Translations under genes and position numbers: made by a program
In this document: in pieces, positions 29,522 through 38,547 of the stretch
Layout of the letters: each line of letters starts with the position of its first letter
How positions within the stretch are numbered: position 1 is the stretch's first letter
The notes under the pieces: generated by a model
What the model was told of the DNA's origin: nothing
The model's input: only the letters and a program-made list of their open reading frames with translations
Database searches by the model: none
Source of the DNA: Nisaea sp.
GTDB lineage: Bacteria; Pseudomonadota; Alphaproteobacteria; Thalassobaculales; Thalassobaculaceae
DNA: 64,000 nt
Assembly: GCF_040217065.1 (NCBI RefSeq)
Contig: NZ_JAVJNX010000001.1
Span: 52,926-116,925, forward strand
Direction of reading: 5' to 3'

Positions 29522-30301
29522 ATGCCAAGACTGGCAGCCAATCTTTCCATGATGTTTCAGGAGCACGCGTTCCTCGACCGTTTCCGGGCAGCGGCCGATG
29601 CCGGGTTCAAGGGCGTCGAGTTCCTGTTTCCGTATGACTTCCCGGCCGAAACGATCAAGGCGCGTCTCAAGGAAGCCGGACTCGAACAGACTCTCTTCAA
29701 TCTGCCACCCGGCGACTGGGAAGCGGGAGAGCGCGGCTTCGCGGCAATTCCCGGACGCGAAGATACCTTCGGTGCGGCACTGGAAAAGGCACTCGACTAT
29801 GCGGTCACGCTCGACTGCCCGCGCCTGCACGTGATGAGCGGTCTTGTCCCCGACGGCGTCTCCCGCGAGGCCTGTACGGAAACCCTGGTGGCCAATCTGC
29901 GCCAGGCGGCGCCGATCGCCGCCGCACGCGGCAAGACCCTGATCATCGAGCCGATCAACAGCATTGATATTCCCGGATACTTCCTGAACTATCAGGCCCA
30001 GGCCCGGTCGATCCTTGAGGCCGTCGGCGCGGATAATGTCCGGCTGCAATTCGACCTCTATCATTGCCAGATCATGGAAGGGAATCTCGCGGTCCACCTG
30101 CAGGACTATCTCGACCTGATCGAGCATATCCAGATCGCGGGCGTCCCGGGCCGGCACGAGCCCGATATCGGCGAGATCAACTATCGTTACCTGTTCGATC
30201 TGATGGACCAGCTTGGCTATGACGGCTGGGTCGGCTGTGAATACAAGCCAAAGGCCGGGACCCTCGACGGGCTCGGATGGAAGAAGGAGTGGTCCCTATG
30301 A
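29522..30301 (+). CDS. otnI: 2-oxo-tetronate isomerase (Hyi family)
   Basis: MPRLAANLSMMF, IIEPIN..DIPGYFL, FDLYHCQI, QIAGVPGRHEP; context favours OtnI over Hyi. Confidence 0.82.
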   Translation: MPRLAANLSMMFQEHAFLDRFRAAADAGFKGVEFLFPYDFPAETIKARLKEAGLEQTLFNLPPGDWEAGERGFAAIPGREDTFGAALEKALDYAVTLDCPRLHVMSGLVPDGVSREACTETLVANLRQAAPIAAARGKTLIIEPINSIDIPGYFLNYQAQARSILEAVGADNVRLQFDLYHCQIMEGNLAVHLQDYLDLIEHIQIAGVPGRHEPDIGEINYRYLFDLMDQLGYDGWVGCEYKPKAGTLDGLGWKKEWSL

Positions 30302-31290
30302 AGGTCACCATCACCGGGGCCACGGGTTTCATCGGTCAGAAACTGGCCCGCCGTCTGCTCGATTCCAACGCGCTGGTCGCCGCCGACGGCAGCCGACAGA
30401 GCATCACCGGGCTGACCCTGCTGGACACTGTCCCTGCCCCTGCCGCCTTGACGGACGATAGCCGCGTCCGCAGCCTCTCGGGCGATATCACCGACAGCGC
30501 TCTTCTGGCCGAGGCGATCCCGGGCGACACCGACAGCGTCTTCCATCTCGCCGCCATCGTCAGCGCCGGGGCCGAGGAGGATTTTGAGCTCGGCATGGCT
30601 GTCAATCTGGATGCCACGCGGAACATTCTGGAAATCCTGCGGCAGGCCGACGGCGCGCCGAAGATGATCTTCGCCAGTTCCTGCGCCGCGTTCGGCGGGG
30701 ACATTCCCAATATCGTCGAGGACATGACGGCAACCACGCCGACGACTTCCTACGGCACCCAGAAGGCCATCGGCGAGTTGCTGGTCTCGGACTACAGCCG
30801 GCGCGGCTTCGTGGATGGCCGCTCTCTTCGTTTCCCGACCGTCGTGGTCCGTCCGGGCAAGCCGAACAAGGCCGCTTCCACCTTCGCCAGCTCGATCTTC
30901 CGGGAGCCGCTTCAGGGGCAACGCGCCGTCTGTCCGGTATCCGGAGACGCCAAGATGTGGCTCGCCTCCCCGCGCAGCATCGTCGAGAATACGCTGCACG
31001 CCCACAATCTGGCCGCCAGTGCCTGGGGCGCATCCCGCACGGTCTCGCTCCCGGGCTTCTCCCTCACCGTCGCGGAGATGGCAAAAGCGCTGGAACATGT
31101 CGCCGGTCCGGCTGTCGCCTCCCGCATCGACTGGGAGCCAGACCCTTTCATCGAGAAGATTGTGCGGGGCTGGCCCCCCGCCTTCAACACCAAGAAAGCG
31201 GCAGCGCTCGGCTTTACCCAGGATGAAGGCATGGAAGCCGTCATCCGGGCCTTCATCGAGGATGAACTGAACGGCAAGATCGCCGCGTAA
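30298..31290 (+). CDS. denD: D-erythronate dehydrogenase (extended SDR)
   Basis: GATGFIG, FHLAAIVS..AE, SYGTQKAIGELL, VRPGKPNKAAS; ATGA overlap with otnI. Confidence 0.85.
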   Translation: MKVTITGATGFIGQKLARRLLDSNALVAADGSRQSITGLTLLDTVPAPAALTDDSRVRSLSGDITDSALLAEAIPGDTDSVFHLAAIVSAGAEEDFELGMAVNLDATRNILEILRQADGAPKMIFASSCAAFGGDIPNIVEDMTATTPTTSYGTQKAIGELLVSDYSRRGFVDGRSLRFPTVVVRPGKPNKAASTFASSIFREPLQGQRAVCPVSGDAKMWLASPRSIVENTLHAHNLAASAWGASRTVSLPGFSLTVAEMAKALEHVAGPAVASRIDWEPDPFIEKIVRGWPPAFNTKKAAALGFTQDEGMEAVIRAFIEDELNGKIAA

Positions 31291-31296
31291 ACCGGC

Positions 31297-31986
31297 TTAC
31301 TCCCGGCGCAGCACCTTGTCGACGATCAGTGAAGCGAACCACTGATCGCGGAAGGACGCCTTCAGGGAATCGGGATCATATTCCGTCTCGACCCAGTCGC
31401 GGAATGTGATCCCGGTTTCATCGTGCCGGTCGGCGAACGTCTCGAAGACGTAGTCGACGATGCCGGTCTTGCCCTGCCGCAGATGGCCGTAGCGCAGGGA
31501 TAGCTCGCCCATCGCCTCCCGCATCGGCACACCGTGTTTCACATGCAGATAGAGCGTGCTCATCAACCCGGTACGATCAGCACCGGACTTGCAGTGCATC
31601 AGGGTTGGGCCTTCAATCTGGTCCCAGACATTGATCGCGTCGATCATGACCTCCCGCTTCAGCGGGCGGCGGGACCGGATCGGCAGGCTGATCAGCTTCA
31701 GCCCAAGCCGCTCGCAGGTTTCCCGTTCCAACCGGTAACGGTAATTATCCCGCTCCGACCCGCGCAAATTGAGAACGGTACGGAAACCGGCCTTGGCCAG
31801 CCGTTCCAGATGCCACGGCGAAGGCTGTGCCGCGCGCCAGAGGTCATCTCGCACCAGATGCTTGTTCAGATAGATTGAGCGGATGAATCCATGATCCTGC
31901 GCCATCAGGTGCCACCAGGCGCGCCATCGCTCCGGGCCTTCAAGGCGCGGAAGAGCCTGGCTCTCCGGCAGGGACGCATCGGTCAT
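31297..31986 (-). CDS. Cys-based tyrosine/dual-specificity phosphatase-like protein
   Basis: VLNLRG and intact P-loop HCKSGADRTG (CX5R). Confidence 0.85.
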   Translation of the reverse strand: MTDASLPESQALPRLEGPERWRAWWHLMAQDHGFIRSIYLNKHLVRDDLWRAAQPSPWHLERLAKAGFRTVLNLRGSERDNYRYRLERETCERLGLKLISLPIRSRRPLKREVMIDAINVWDQIEGPTLMHCKSGADRTGLMSTLYLHVKHGVPMREAMGELSLRYGHLRQGKTGIVDYVFETFADRHDETGITFRDWVETEYDPDSLKASFRDQWFASLIVDKVLRRE

Positions 31987-32024
31987 CAATTCGCACTCGC
32001 GGCTGTCACGGACGGAATCATGGC

Positions 32025-32318
32025 CTATTTCGACGTTCCGCGCTCGCCGATCATCAGAGTGAAGGGAATCCGGCCGCGCTCGAACACCATCTGCCCCATC
32101 GCGGTGACGCATTTATGGTCTTCATTCTTGAAGGAGGCGTTGATCTCGAAATCTACCATCTCGTCGGGAAACACCTTCTCGTCGACGAATTCCGCAAAGG
32201 CACGAATGATCTTGATCGGTGTCTTCGACCAGATTGCGTCATCATCGACGGTGAAAGTATAGTCTTCCTGCGTGTGACGCGTCGCGCTCATCATTGTCGC
32301 GATCAGTGTCCTGGACAT
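32025..32318 (-). CDS. Hypothetical protein (97 aa)
   Basis: Plausible codon usage, GGGAGA RBS, fills gap in a minus-strand run. Confidence 0.75.
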   Translation of the reverse strand: MSRTLIATMMSATRHTQEDYTFTVDDDAIWSKTPIKIIRAFAEFVDEKVFPDEMVDFEINASFKNEDHKCVTAMGQMVFERGRIPFTLMIGERGTSK

Positions 32319-32376
32319 AATAGATCTCCCTTTGTCGGACCCTCTTCTACACGCATTTGCTGGCGATTTTATGACT

Positions 32377-33306
32377 CTATCCCTGAATCCAGGGTAAATC
32401 CGCCTCATTCTCCGCAATAAACAGCGTCCCGCCGATGCTGTCCGGCAGCGAAAGCCGCAGATAACCATCCAGCGCTTCCGGTGCGAATCCGCGTTTCTTC
32501 AGGAAAGATTCGGTCTTCGCCAGATCTTCGGAGAGCAACCCGTAGCCGACGATCAGGGGGCCGTCTTCCGGCAGCTCGGCCTCAGGCACGAGATCAGCGA
32601 GACCGTCTTCATCGACGATCACCACACCGCCCCGGTCGAGCGGAATGCGCCAGACATGCTCGCTCAGCGGCTTCGGGCCGCCTCGGTTCAGGAACCAGCA
32701 GTAGCGCGCGGCCACCTTATCGAGACTATCGACGCCGACCACCACATCCCGCAGCGCGACGATGCCATTGCCGTGGTGCAACCAGCGATCCTGCCAGACG
32801 ATCTCCTCGGTATGATGCGCAACATATTGCACCCGGCCCTCGGGCATGTCCTCCGGCCGCACCCGGCAAACGGTAAAGGAGGCTTCGTCCTCGCCCCCAT
32901 CGGCCAGGCCGACAAAACGTTTCAGATGCACCAATGGCTCCGGGTGAAAGCCGGTCAGGGTCAGCCGGCCCTGCACACTTTCCGGGTCGGCGCAGCCGAA
33001 AGCAATCAGATGCAGGCCGACATACCGCTCCATCTGCCCCACCGTGCGCTGGCCAAGGGGCGTGGTGGCATCCGAGACCGTGATCACCTCGATATAGCCT
33101 TCCGGCAGCATGATGCAGCGGTTCGCCGTTCCTGACGGAACCGGCTCCGCCACGTCTTCGACAAGATGGCGGTGCTCGGTATAGGGAGTCTGCACGAAAC
33201 CGAGCCGGTTCAGCTCGCGATGCGCCTCCGCCATGTCCGGCACGAAATGCGCCACATGATCGAGGAAGATCTTCTCTCCGACAGGCAATTGCTGCGGCTG
33301 TTCCAT
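32377..33306 (-). CDS. VOC / glyoxalase-like domain protein
   Basis: LDHVAHFVPD, GTANRCIML.EGYIE, HGNG...L.DVV. Confidence 0.82.
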   Translation of the reverse strand: MEQPQQLPVGEKIFLDHVAHFVPDMAEAHRELNRLGFVQTPYTEHRHLVEDVAEPVPSGTANRCIMLPEGYIEVITVSDATTPLGQRTVGQMERYVGLHLIAFGCADPESVQGRLTLTGFHPEPLVHLKRFVGLADGGEDEASFTVCRVRPEDMPEGRVQYVAHHTEEIVWQDRWLHHGNGIVALRDVVVGVDSLDKVAARYCWFLNRGGPKPLSEHVWRIPLDRGGVVIVDEDGLADLVPEAELPEDGPLIVGYGLLSEDLAKTESFLKKRGFAPEALDGYLRLSLPDSIGGTLFIAENEADLPWIQG

Positions 33307-33386
33307 ATTCCGTTCTTTCCCAGCTTGCTTTCCGAATCTGCGGCGTCACTATGCGAAGAAATCAAGCTACTGAAAAGTCACGGTTC

Positions 33387-34619
33387 ATGCGTATTTTATT
33401 CGGGTGGGAGTTCGGTGCCGGACTCGGCCATATCAACAGGATCAAACCGATCGCCCGCGCGCTCCGGGAACGGGGCGCGGATATCTTCCTCGCCCTGCAG
33501 GAAACGGAACGCGCGGATGCCTTCTGGGATCCTGCGACGGGCAAGCTGCCGGACGGCTATCATCTGCTGCCGATCCCGCGCTGGAACATGCCCTCCGACC
33601 CGAAGGCGCGGACCGTTCCAACCCATTCCTTCGCGGACGTCATGCAGCTCATCGGCTATGGCAACGAAGGCGGTTTCGCGGCCCGGCTGGAAGCCTGGAG
33701 CGGCCTTTTCGCCGCCGTCCGGCCGGATCTGGTGATCGGCGATTTCAGCCCGACCATGAACATCGCGGCGCGCGGCAGGATCCCGTCCCTGACCATCGGC
33801 AACGGCTACACAATGCCGCCCGGCGGCCGGCCCATGCCGCCGATCCGGCCGTGGCAGGATGCGCTGGAGGATTTCTCGAAAGAGCATGAAACGCACCTGC
33901 TCGGCATCATCAACAAGGTTCTGCGGCTGCGCGGCGAGGGACAGCTCCCCTATCTGAGCGACGCCTTTCACGGCGACCGTTCATTTCCGCTGACCCTCTC
34001 CATCGTCGATCCCTACGCAGCCCATCGCGAGGAAAGGACAGTCCCGCCCTTCAACATGCCGACGGATATCACGCCGCTGCCGAATGAACAGAGACCGGCG
34101 GACGGCGTGTTTTTCTACATGCCGCATTCCCACCCGCTGCTGAAGCTGGCGGTCGATTCCCTGAAGCAAAGCGGCCTGCCGGTGCTGGCCTATATCAGCG
34201 GCATCAGTTCCGATGCCGCCCACAAGAATTCCACCGCCCGGTTCCGGATCAGCCCGACGCCTCTGCCCTTCAACGAGGTCATGCCGAAGGCGCGACTGCT
34301 GGTGCATCATGGCGGGCTCTCCACGGCCGTTGCCGGCACCATGGCCGGCACCCCGCAAGCAATCCTGCCCTGGAACCTGGAACATCTCGTGACCGCCAAG
34401 CGCATCGAAACCCTCGGTGCGGCGCGGGTGCTGAACAATCCGGCGAAAGAACTTCCCGGCAAGGCACTGACACAGTTTTTCATCCGCGCGGCCCGCGACG
34501 AGGCGCTTCTGGAGACGGCCATCGGCGCGGCCAAATCGGTGGAACTCGGGAGCCCGGAGGCCGGCCTCAAGGTTATCGTCGATGCCTGTTTCGAGCTGGT
34601 AGGAAAAAGTCCGGCATAA
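33387..34619 (+). CDS. GT-B fold glycosyltransferase (GT1/GT28-like)
   Basis: ELGxGxGH-like N-terminus EFGAGLGH, RPDLVIGDFSP, VHHGG..T, P..LE UDP-sugar-binding region. Confidence 0.8.
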   Translation: MRILFGWEFGAGLGHINRIKPIARALRERGADIFLALQETERADAFWDPATGKLPDGYHLLPIPRWNMPSDPKARTVPTHSFADVMQLIGYGNEGGFAARLEAWSGLFAAVRPDLVIGDFSPTMNIAARGRIPSLTIGNGYTMPPGGRPMPPIRPWQDALEDFSKEHETHLLGIINKVLRLRGEGQLPYLSDAFHGDRSFPLTLSIVDPYAAHREERTVPPFNMPTDITPLPNEQRPADGVFFYMPHSHPLLKLAVDSLKQSGLPVLAYISGISSDAAHKNSTARFRISPTPLPFNEVMPKARLLVHHGGLSTAVAGTMAGTPQAILPWNLEHLVTAKRIETLGAARVLNNPAKELPGKALTQFFIRAARDEALLETAIGAAKSVELGSPEAGLKVIVDACFELVGKSPA

Positions 34620-34643
34620 TCGCCCAAGGATGAATTATTTTTA

Positions 34644-34662
34644 ATTGCAACTCATTCTCAAA
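34644..34662. promoter_or_regulatory. Fur-like iron box upstream of hypothetical gene
   Basis: ATTGCAACTCATTCTCAAA in an AT-rich tract; the motif recurs three more times around bfd-bfr. Confidence 0.65.
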
Positions 34663-34704
34663 ATCATTATTTTGTCCCTTGTCATTTAATGGGAGGGATC
34701 AGAC

Positions 34705-35181
34705 GTGCAGCATTTGCTGGCAGAACAAACCGGCATCCAGGCGCGAGCCGGCAGCGGGCCGCTCCCGAAGGCTTTTGTCACCCCGCCATTGGACGAATTC
34801 GAAGCGCTTATTCTCTGGGGCATGCGGCAATGGATGCGTGCCCACAAAGAGCGACGCTGCGCGACCGGCTCGGTTCTGGACGCGTTCGAGTTTTTGGGGC
34901 TGGCCTCGGCCCTCGCCCCACTCAACCGGATGATGATCCTGCTGGTTCTGGGCAGCCGCCGGCGGCTTGCCATCGCCACCACACCGACAGCCCCGCTGAG
35001 TATCGACGAGCAGGTGTTGCTGCGCATGATCAATGCAGCCCGGCAGCATCAGACCGGTCTGGTCAAGTCCCGTCTCGGACTGTGGATGGAGCAGATCAGC
35101 ATCCAGGCAACGGCGCACGCCGTAATGCTCCTCGCCCACGCCGCCTTCGCGCCGGCAGGACGACCGGCGCCGGAGGCCTAA
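34705..35181 (+). CDS. Hypothetical protein, probably iron-regulated
   Basis: 158-aa ORF with GGGAGG RBS, GTG start, helical content, LSIDEQVLL motif; preceded by iron box. Confidence 0.7.
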   Translation: MQHLLAEQTGIQARAGSGPLPKAFVTPPLDEFEALILWGMRQWMRAHKERRCATGSVLDAFEFLGLASALAPLNRMMILLVLGSRRRLAIATTPTAPLSIDEQVLLRMINAARQHQTGLVKSRLGLWMEQISIQATAHAVMLLAHAAFAPAGRPAPEA

Positions 35182-35189
35182 TTCAAAAC

Positions 35190-35225
35190 GAAAAGGGACA
35201 CCCCGCCGCTCCGGCGGGATGTCCT
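35190..35225 (-). terminator. Rho-independent terminator of bfr
   Basis: GGACA-CCCGCCG / CGGCGGG-TGTCC stem followed by TTTT on the minus strand. Confidence 0.75.
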
Positions 35226-35259
35226 GCTTCTCTGTACAGATCCAGAAAGCGGATCTGCG

Positions 35260-35742
35260 TCAATCCATTACGTTCGCTTCGGACTGCAGCAGCAGATAGT
35301 TGGGCATGCCCATCTTCTCGATCATGCTGAGCTGGGTTTCGATGTAGTCCACATGACCTTCCTCGTCCTCGAGGATCTCGGCAAAAAGATCACGGGTCAC
35401 ATAGTCGCCGACCGACTCGCAATGCTTGATTCCGGCCTTGTAGTTGGCAATGCCGTCCAGCTCCAGCTTCATGTCGCCTTCGAAGATTTCCTTGACGTCC
35501 TCGCCGATCAGCAGCTTGTCGAGATACTGCAGGTTCGGCAGACCTTCGAGAAAAAGAATGCGCGCCATCAGCTTTTCCGCATGCTTCATCTCGTCGATCG
35601 ACTCGTCGTATTCATGTTTGCCGAGCTTTGAAAAACCCCAGTCCTGCAACATCTTGGCGTGCAGAAAATACTGGCTGATGGCGGTCAGTTCGCCCTTCAG
35701 ACCGTTGTTCAGAAACTCGAGAACCTTGCTATCGCCCTTCAT
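35260..35742 (-). CDS. bfr: Bacterioferritin
   Basis: MKGD..V...LN, ELTAISQYFLH, DEMKHA, RILFLEG.PN, EEGH. Confidence 0.98.
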   Translation of the reverse strand: MKGDSKVLEFLNNGLKGELTAISQYFLHAKMLQDWGFSKLGKHEYDESIDEMKHAEKLMARILFLEGLPNLQYLDKLLIGEDVKEIFEGDMKLELDGIANYKAGIKHCESVGDYVTRDLFAEILEDEEGHVDYIETQLSMIEKMGMPNYLLLQSEANVMD

Positions 35743-35787
35743 AGGCCTTGCTCCAGATTGAATGTCCCGGAGCCGAAGATAGCACTG

Positions 35788-35804
35788 ATTAGAATAATTC
35801 CAAG
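35788..35804. promoter_or_regulatory. Irr-type iron control element (ICE) upstream of bfr
   Basis: ATTAGAA-TAA-TTCCAAG matches the core of TTTRGAA-N3-TTCYAAA, 46-62 nt upstream of bfr start. Confidence 0.65.
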
Positions 35805-35822
35805 GAAGTTCGCGACATCAAT

Positions 35823-35841
35823 ATTGCGAATTACACTCAAT
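35823..35841. promoter_or_regulatory. Fur-like iron box between bfd and bfr
   Basis: ATTGCGAATTACACTCAAT, inside inverted repeat ATATTG...CAATAT; 13/19 identical to box at 34644. Confidence 0.5.
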
Positions 35842-35871
35842 ATAACAAAGAGTTAGGAATTACTCTCGAAC

Positions 35872-36066
35872 CTACGCAGCATCCGTCGAGGATATCTCGA
35901 TCTCGCTGGTACGCACTGCAAGCTGCTCGCGAATAGTGTTCATGCAGGTCCCGCACTGCGGACGGCAGCCAACATTCTGGTAAACCTGACCAACCGTCCG
36001 CGCACCGGCCTCGATGGCCTTGTCGACACAGCGATTGGTAAATCCATTGCACAGACACACATACAT
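35872..36066 (-). CDS. bfd: Bacterioferritin-associated ferredoxin
   Basis: MYVCLCNG...CRPQCGTC [2Fe-2S] motif, adjacent to bfr. Confidence 0.95.
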   Translation of the reverse strand: MYVCLCNGFTNRCVDKAIEAGARTVGQVYQNVGCRPQCGTCMNTIREQLAVRTSEIEISSTDAA

Positions 36067-36081
36067 CGCGCGATACCCGCA

Positions 36082-36127
36082 ATTAAGAGTCATTCGCATA
36101 TGATGCTTGTTGCGACTGATTGTCAAT
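36082..36127 (-). promoter_or_regulatory. Two Fur-like boxes overlapping a TTGACA -35 element upstream of bfd
   Basis: ATTAAGAGTCATTCGCATA (36082-36100) and GTTGCGACTGATTGTCAAT (36109-36127); TTGACA on the minus strand at 36126-36121. Confidence 0.65.
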
Positions 36128-36221
36128 ACGATAAACAGGACCAAAATTGATCTGTATTGGAATTTGCCGCGAAACGCGCGGGATCCCTGCGTGTCTGGCC
36201 TTAAACAAAATAAGATGGGAT

Positions 36222-36297
36222 CAAATAAGGCGGGCGGTCCCGAGGGACCGCCCTAGCTCGAGCCGAGAGGGAGGGAGCGAAGTCGAAAGGCTCGAGT
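36222..36297 (-). ncRNA. Candidate two-hairpin sRNA with anti-Shine-Dalgarno loop
   Basis: 8-bp stem CTCGAGCC/GGCTCGAG with loop containing CUCCCUCCCUCUC, then perfect 10-bp terminator GGGCGGTCCC/GGGACCGCCC and U-rich tail. Confidence 0.55.
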
Positions 36298-36438
36298 GTT
36301 CTGCTGCAGGCTGCATCCGAAGAAATCACCCGCCTGATACATTTTTTACGCGCAAAACCTGAAGATTTCGTAAACAGGACAAACAAAATCGCCTGCGGTA
36401 TTAGCCTGCACTGGAACTGACGGGATGCGTGGCGGGAA

Positions 36439-37908
36439 ATGACGGCAAAAGCACTGATGTTTCAGGGAACCGGCTCGGATGTCGGGAAATCCGTTCTGGT
36501 CGCAGGCCTGTGCCGGCTGGCGGCCCGGAACGGCCTCAGGGTCCGCCCGTTCAAGCCGCAGAACATGTCCAACAATGCCGCGGTGACCGTCGATGGCGGC
36601 GAGATCGGCCGGGCCCAGGCATTGCAGGCCCGTGCCTGCGGGATCGAGCCGCACACGGACATGAACCCGGTGCTGCTGAAACCCGAGACCGATCTCGGCG
36701 CCCAGGTCGTGGTCCAGGGCAGAGCCCGCGGCCACGCCAAGGCCCGCGCCTACCAGGCCATGAAACCGGATCTTCTGGGGGCGGTCTGCGAAAGCTTCAC
36801 CCGGCTGAAAGAGGGGGCGGATCTGATTCTGGTCGAGGGCGCGGGAAGTCCGGCGGAAGTCAATCTGCGGGCAGGTGATATCGCCAATATGGGATTTGCC
36901 GAAACCGTGGACTGCCCTGTGATTCTGATCGGCGATATCGACCGCGGCGGTGTCATCGCCTCGCTGGTCGGCACCCATGTGGTTATCCCGGATGCGGACC
37001 GCACCCGCATCGTCGCCTTCCTGATCAACAAGTTTCGCGGTGACGCCTCCCTGTTCGACGACGGATTGCGTATCATCACAGAGCGGACCGGCTGGCCGGC
37101 GCTCGGCGTGGTGCCGTATTTCGCGGAGGCGGGCAAACTCCCCGCCGAGGACGCCGTCGCGCTCGAGGGCGCCGCCCGGGAAACCGGCGGACCGCTGAAA
37201 ATTGCGGTACCGCGCCTGTCCCGCATCGCCAATTTCGATGATCTCGATCCGTTGCGGCTCGAGCCGGCGGTCACGGTCGATATCGTGGAGCCGGGCCGGG
37301 CCCTGCCCGGCGACGCCGCGCTGATCCTGATCCCCGGCTCGAAATCCACCATCGGCGATCTCGCCGACCTGCGGACCCAGGGCTGGGACGTGGATATTGC
37401 CGCACATGTCCGGCGCGGCGGCCGCGTGATGGGAATCTGCGGCGGCTACCAGATGTTGGGCCGACAGGTGCACGACCCGGACGGCCTGGAGGGGCCGGCG
37501 GGATCGGCGGACGGGCTTGCCCTGCTGGATGTGGAGACCGTGCTGACGCCGGAGAAGGCCTTGACCCGCGTCACCGGCACAGCGGCGTCTGGCCATCCGG
37601 TCTCCGGCTACGAGATCCATATCGGCCGCACGGACGGGCCGGACCGGATACGACCCTTCGCCACCATCGACGATGGTTCCGGCCCGCACCAGGACGGCGC
37701 CACCTCGGCTTCAGGACAAATCTCCGGCAGTTACCTGCACGGGATGTTTTCCGACGACAGCTTCCGCCGAAATTTCCTTGCCGGTCTCGGTGCCACACAT
37801 TTTTCGGACATCGGCTTCAACGCGGAAATCGACCGCGTCCTGGACCGGCTGGCGGACCATCTGGAAGCCCATCTGGACACGCAAAGCCTGTTCGGTCTTG
37901 CCCGCTGA
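36439..37908 (+). CDS. cobQ: Cobyric acid synthase
   Basis: [55 protein letters not shown]. Confidence 0.97.
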   Translation: MTAKALMFQGTGSDVGKSVLVAGLCRLAARNGLRVRPFKPQNMSNNAAVTVDGGEIGRAQALQARACGIEPHTDMNPVLLKPETDLGAQVVVQGRARGHAKARAYQAMKPDLLGAVCESFTRLKEGADLILVEGAGSPAEVNLRAGDIANMGFAETVDCPVILIGDIDRGGVIASLVGTHVVIPDADRTRIVAFLINKFRGDASLFDDGLRIITERTGWPALGVVPYFAEAGKLPAEDAVALEGAARETGGPLKIAVPRLSRIANFDDLDPLRLEPAVTVDIVEPGRALPGDAALILIPGSKSTIGDLADLRTQGWDVDIAAHVRRGGRVMGICGGYQMLGRQVHDPDGLEGPAGSADGLALLDVETVLTPEKALTRVTGTAASGHPVSGYEIHIGRTDGPDRIRPFATIDDGSGPHQDGATSASGQISGSYLHGMFSDDSFRRNFLAGLGATHFSDIGFNAEIDRVLDRLADHLEAHLDTQSLFGLAR

Positions 37909-37957
37909 GCGCGGTCGTTTATGGTGCCGCCGGAAACGCTCACTCTCGGAGGCATAC

Positions 37958-38488
37958 ATGGCCCATCGCCTTTACGCCCTGCTGGTCCTGCTGTCGGCAG
38001 TCCTGCTGACCGGCCCGGCGCGCGCCGCGGATCTTGAAAACACGCTCTATCTCGACCTGGAATATGGACGCGTCGAAATCGAGCTGCGCCCTGACGTGGC
38101 CCCCAATCACGTGGCGCGCATCAAGGAACTGGCCCGGCAGAATTTCTATGACGGCATCATCTTTCACCGGGTGATCGACGGCTTCATGGCACAGACCGGC
38201 GATCCGACCGGCACCGGCATGGGCGGCAGCGGCCAGAAGCTGAAGGCGGAATTCAGCAACGCACCCTTCGTGCGCGGCACCGTGGGTGCGGCCCGTTCCC
38301 AGAGCCCGAACAGCGCCGACAGCCAGTGGTTCATCTGCTTCACGGACTGCCAGTTCCTGAACGGCAAATATACCGTCTGGGGCGTGGTCTCGAAGGGCAT
38401 GGAATATGTCGACATGATAAAGCGCGGCGAGCCGCCGAGCAGCCCGGATCACATCGTGAAACTGCAGGTCGCCGCGGACGCTCAGTAA
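37958..38488 (+). CDS. Cyclophilin-type peptidyl-prolyl isomerase with signal peptide
   Basis: Signal peptide MAHRLYALLVLLSAVLLTGPARA; FHRVIDGFMAQTGDP, ARSQSPNSADSQW. Confidence 0.93.
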   Translation: MAHRLYALLVLLSAVLLTGPARAADLENTLYLDLEYGRVEIELRPDVAPNHVARIKELARQNFYDGIIFHRVIDGFMAQTGDPTGTGMGGSGQKLKAEFSNAPFVRGTVGAARSQSPNSADSQWFICFTDCQFLNGKYTVWGVVSKGMEYVDMIKRGEPPSSPDHIVKLQVAADAQ

Positions 38489-38547
38489 GTCCGGGGTCAC
38501 CTGTTCCCTGAAACGCATTCCCAGACACTCAGAAAAGGATCGAAACC

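Noticed and set aside
36330-36438. Cobalamin riboswitch upstream of cobQ
   Set aside because: No B12-box (GGGAA...GCCCCCGC...GCCACTG) elements, and the gap is too short.
37673-37957. N-terminal extension of the first cyclophilin given in the ORF track
   Set aside because: It overlaps cobQ; the ATG at 37958 has a GGAGG RBS and begins a clear signal peptide.
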